IMG/VR virus record: IMGVR_UViG_3300022752_000016
Length of the DNA stretch: 64,000 bases
Strand: one strand, 5' to 3'
Origin: a virus
Lineage: Duplodnaviria > Caudoviricetes
Position 1 is the stretch's first letter. Each line of letters starts with the position of its first letter. A program made the translations under genes and the position numbers. This document shows, in pieces, positions 63,684-64,000 of this stretch. The notes under the pieces are model-generated. The model worked only from the letters and a program-made list of their open reading frames with translations. It was not told the DNA's origin and did not search any database.

Positions 63684-64000
63684 ATGAATTATTATAATAT
63701 ATTAGGCATAGACAAAAAAGCTACGCCTGATGACATAAAAAAAGCATATAGAAGATTAGCTAGCCAGCATCATCCTGATAAAGGAGGAGATACTTCCAAA
63801 TTTCAAGAAATACAAACAGCATATGAAACTTTATGCGATCCTGTTAAAAAACAACAATATGATAATCCTGTGCATATAAGAGGACAAAATGGATTTGAAT
63901 TTAATTTTAATCCAGACAATATAAATGATATTTTGCATCAATTTGGTGGAATACATAATATTTTTAATCAAAATAGAGGGCTGCAAACTTTTAGAACTAT
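63684..64000 (+). CDS. dnaJ: DnaJ (J-domain) chaperone, 3'-truncated by the window edge; absent from the ORF track
   Basis: Manual translation MNYYNILGIDKKATPDDIKKAYRRLASQHHPDKGGDTSKFQEIQTAYETL contains the HPD motif. Confidence 0.93.
   Translation, partial: MNYYNILGIDKKATPDDIKKAYRRLASQHHPDKGGDTSKFQEIQTAYETLCDPVKKQQYDNPVHIRGQNGFEFNFNPDNINDILHQFGGIHNIFNQNRGLQTFRT

Noticed and set aside
1-64000. Alternative genetic code (TAG or TGA reassignment), as in some large phages
   Set aside because: Coding density is high under the standard code, and conserved genes are not interrupted. TAG (e.g. 44320, 60387) and TGA (e.g. 41319, 59026) both act as real stops.

Overview
This window is a 64-kb internal segment of a large, strongly AT-rich tailed-phage genome in the standard genetic code, with T4-like contractile-tail (myovirus/jumbo-type) architecture. 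It holds two complementary replication loci. Locus A (0-10 kb) has a UvsW-like helicase, a gp62-like protein, a DEDDh exonuclease, the catalytic half of a minimal DnaE-type polymerase, primase and DnaB. Locus B (55.8-60 kb) has the other polymerase half, GroES and a gp44/RFC clamp loader. Between them lie head-associated proteins, neck/tail genes (gp13, gp14, gp15, sheath, tube, gp4), several large fibre/virion proteins including a ~1,140-residue Gly-X-Gln collagen fibre, two tandem subtilases and a GH19 endolysin. Host-type auxiliary genes are iscA, phoH, a BI-1/YccA family gene, groES, dnaJ, a NUDIX hydrolase and a dNMP kinase. The most notable signals are: (1) an intein-free, split and miniaturised C-family polymerase whose halves lie ~50 kb apart and abut exactly at the FERFL / ERVSMPDxD junction; (2) a two-tier promoter system (extended -10 sigma70 and NTAAATA late) in which many promoters sit 4-6 nt from the ATG, implying leaderless mRNAs; (3) a shared structured RNA leader ahead of two major structural genes; (4) a five-gene array of small paralogues and a catalytically dead Hint-fold protein within the replication operon; (5) a probably head-packaged ligase-like nucleotidyltransferase. 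No tRNA, rRNA, CRISPR array, integrase, transposase or reverse transcriptase was seen. All family calls come from motif recognition by eye; no database searches were run.
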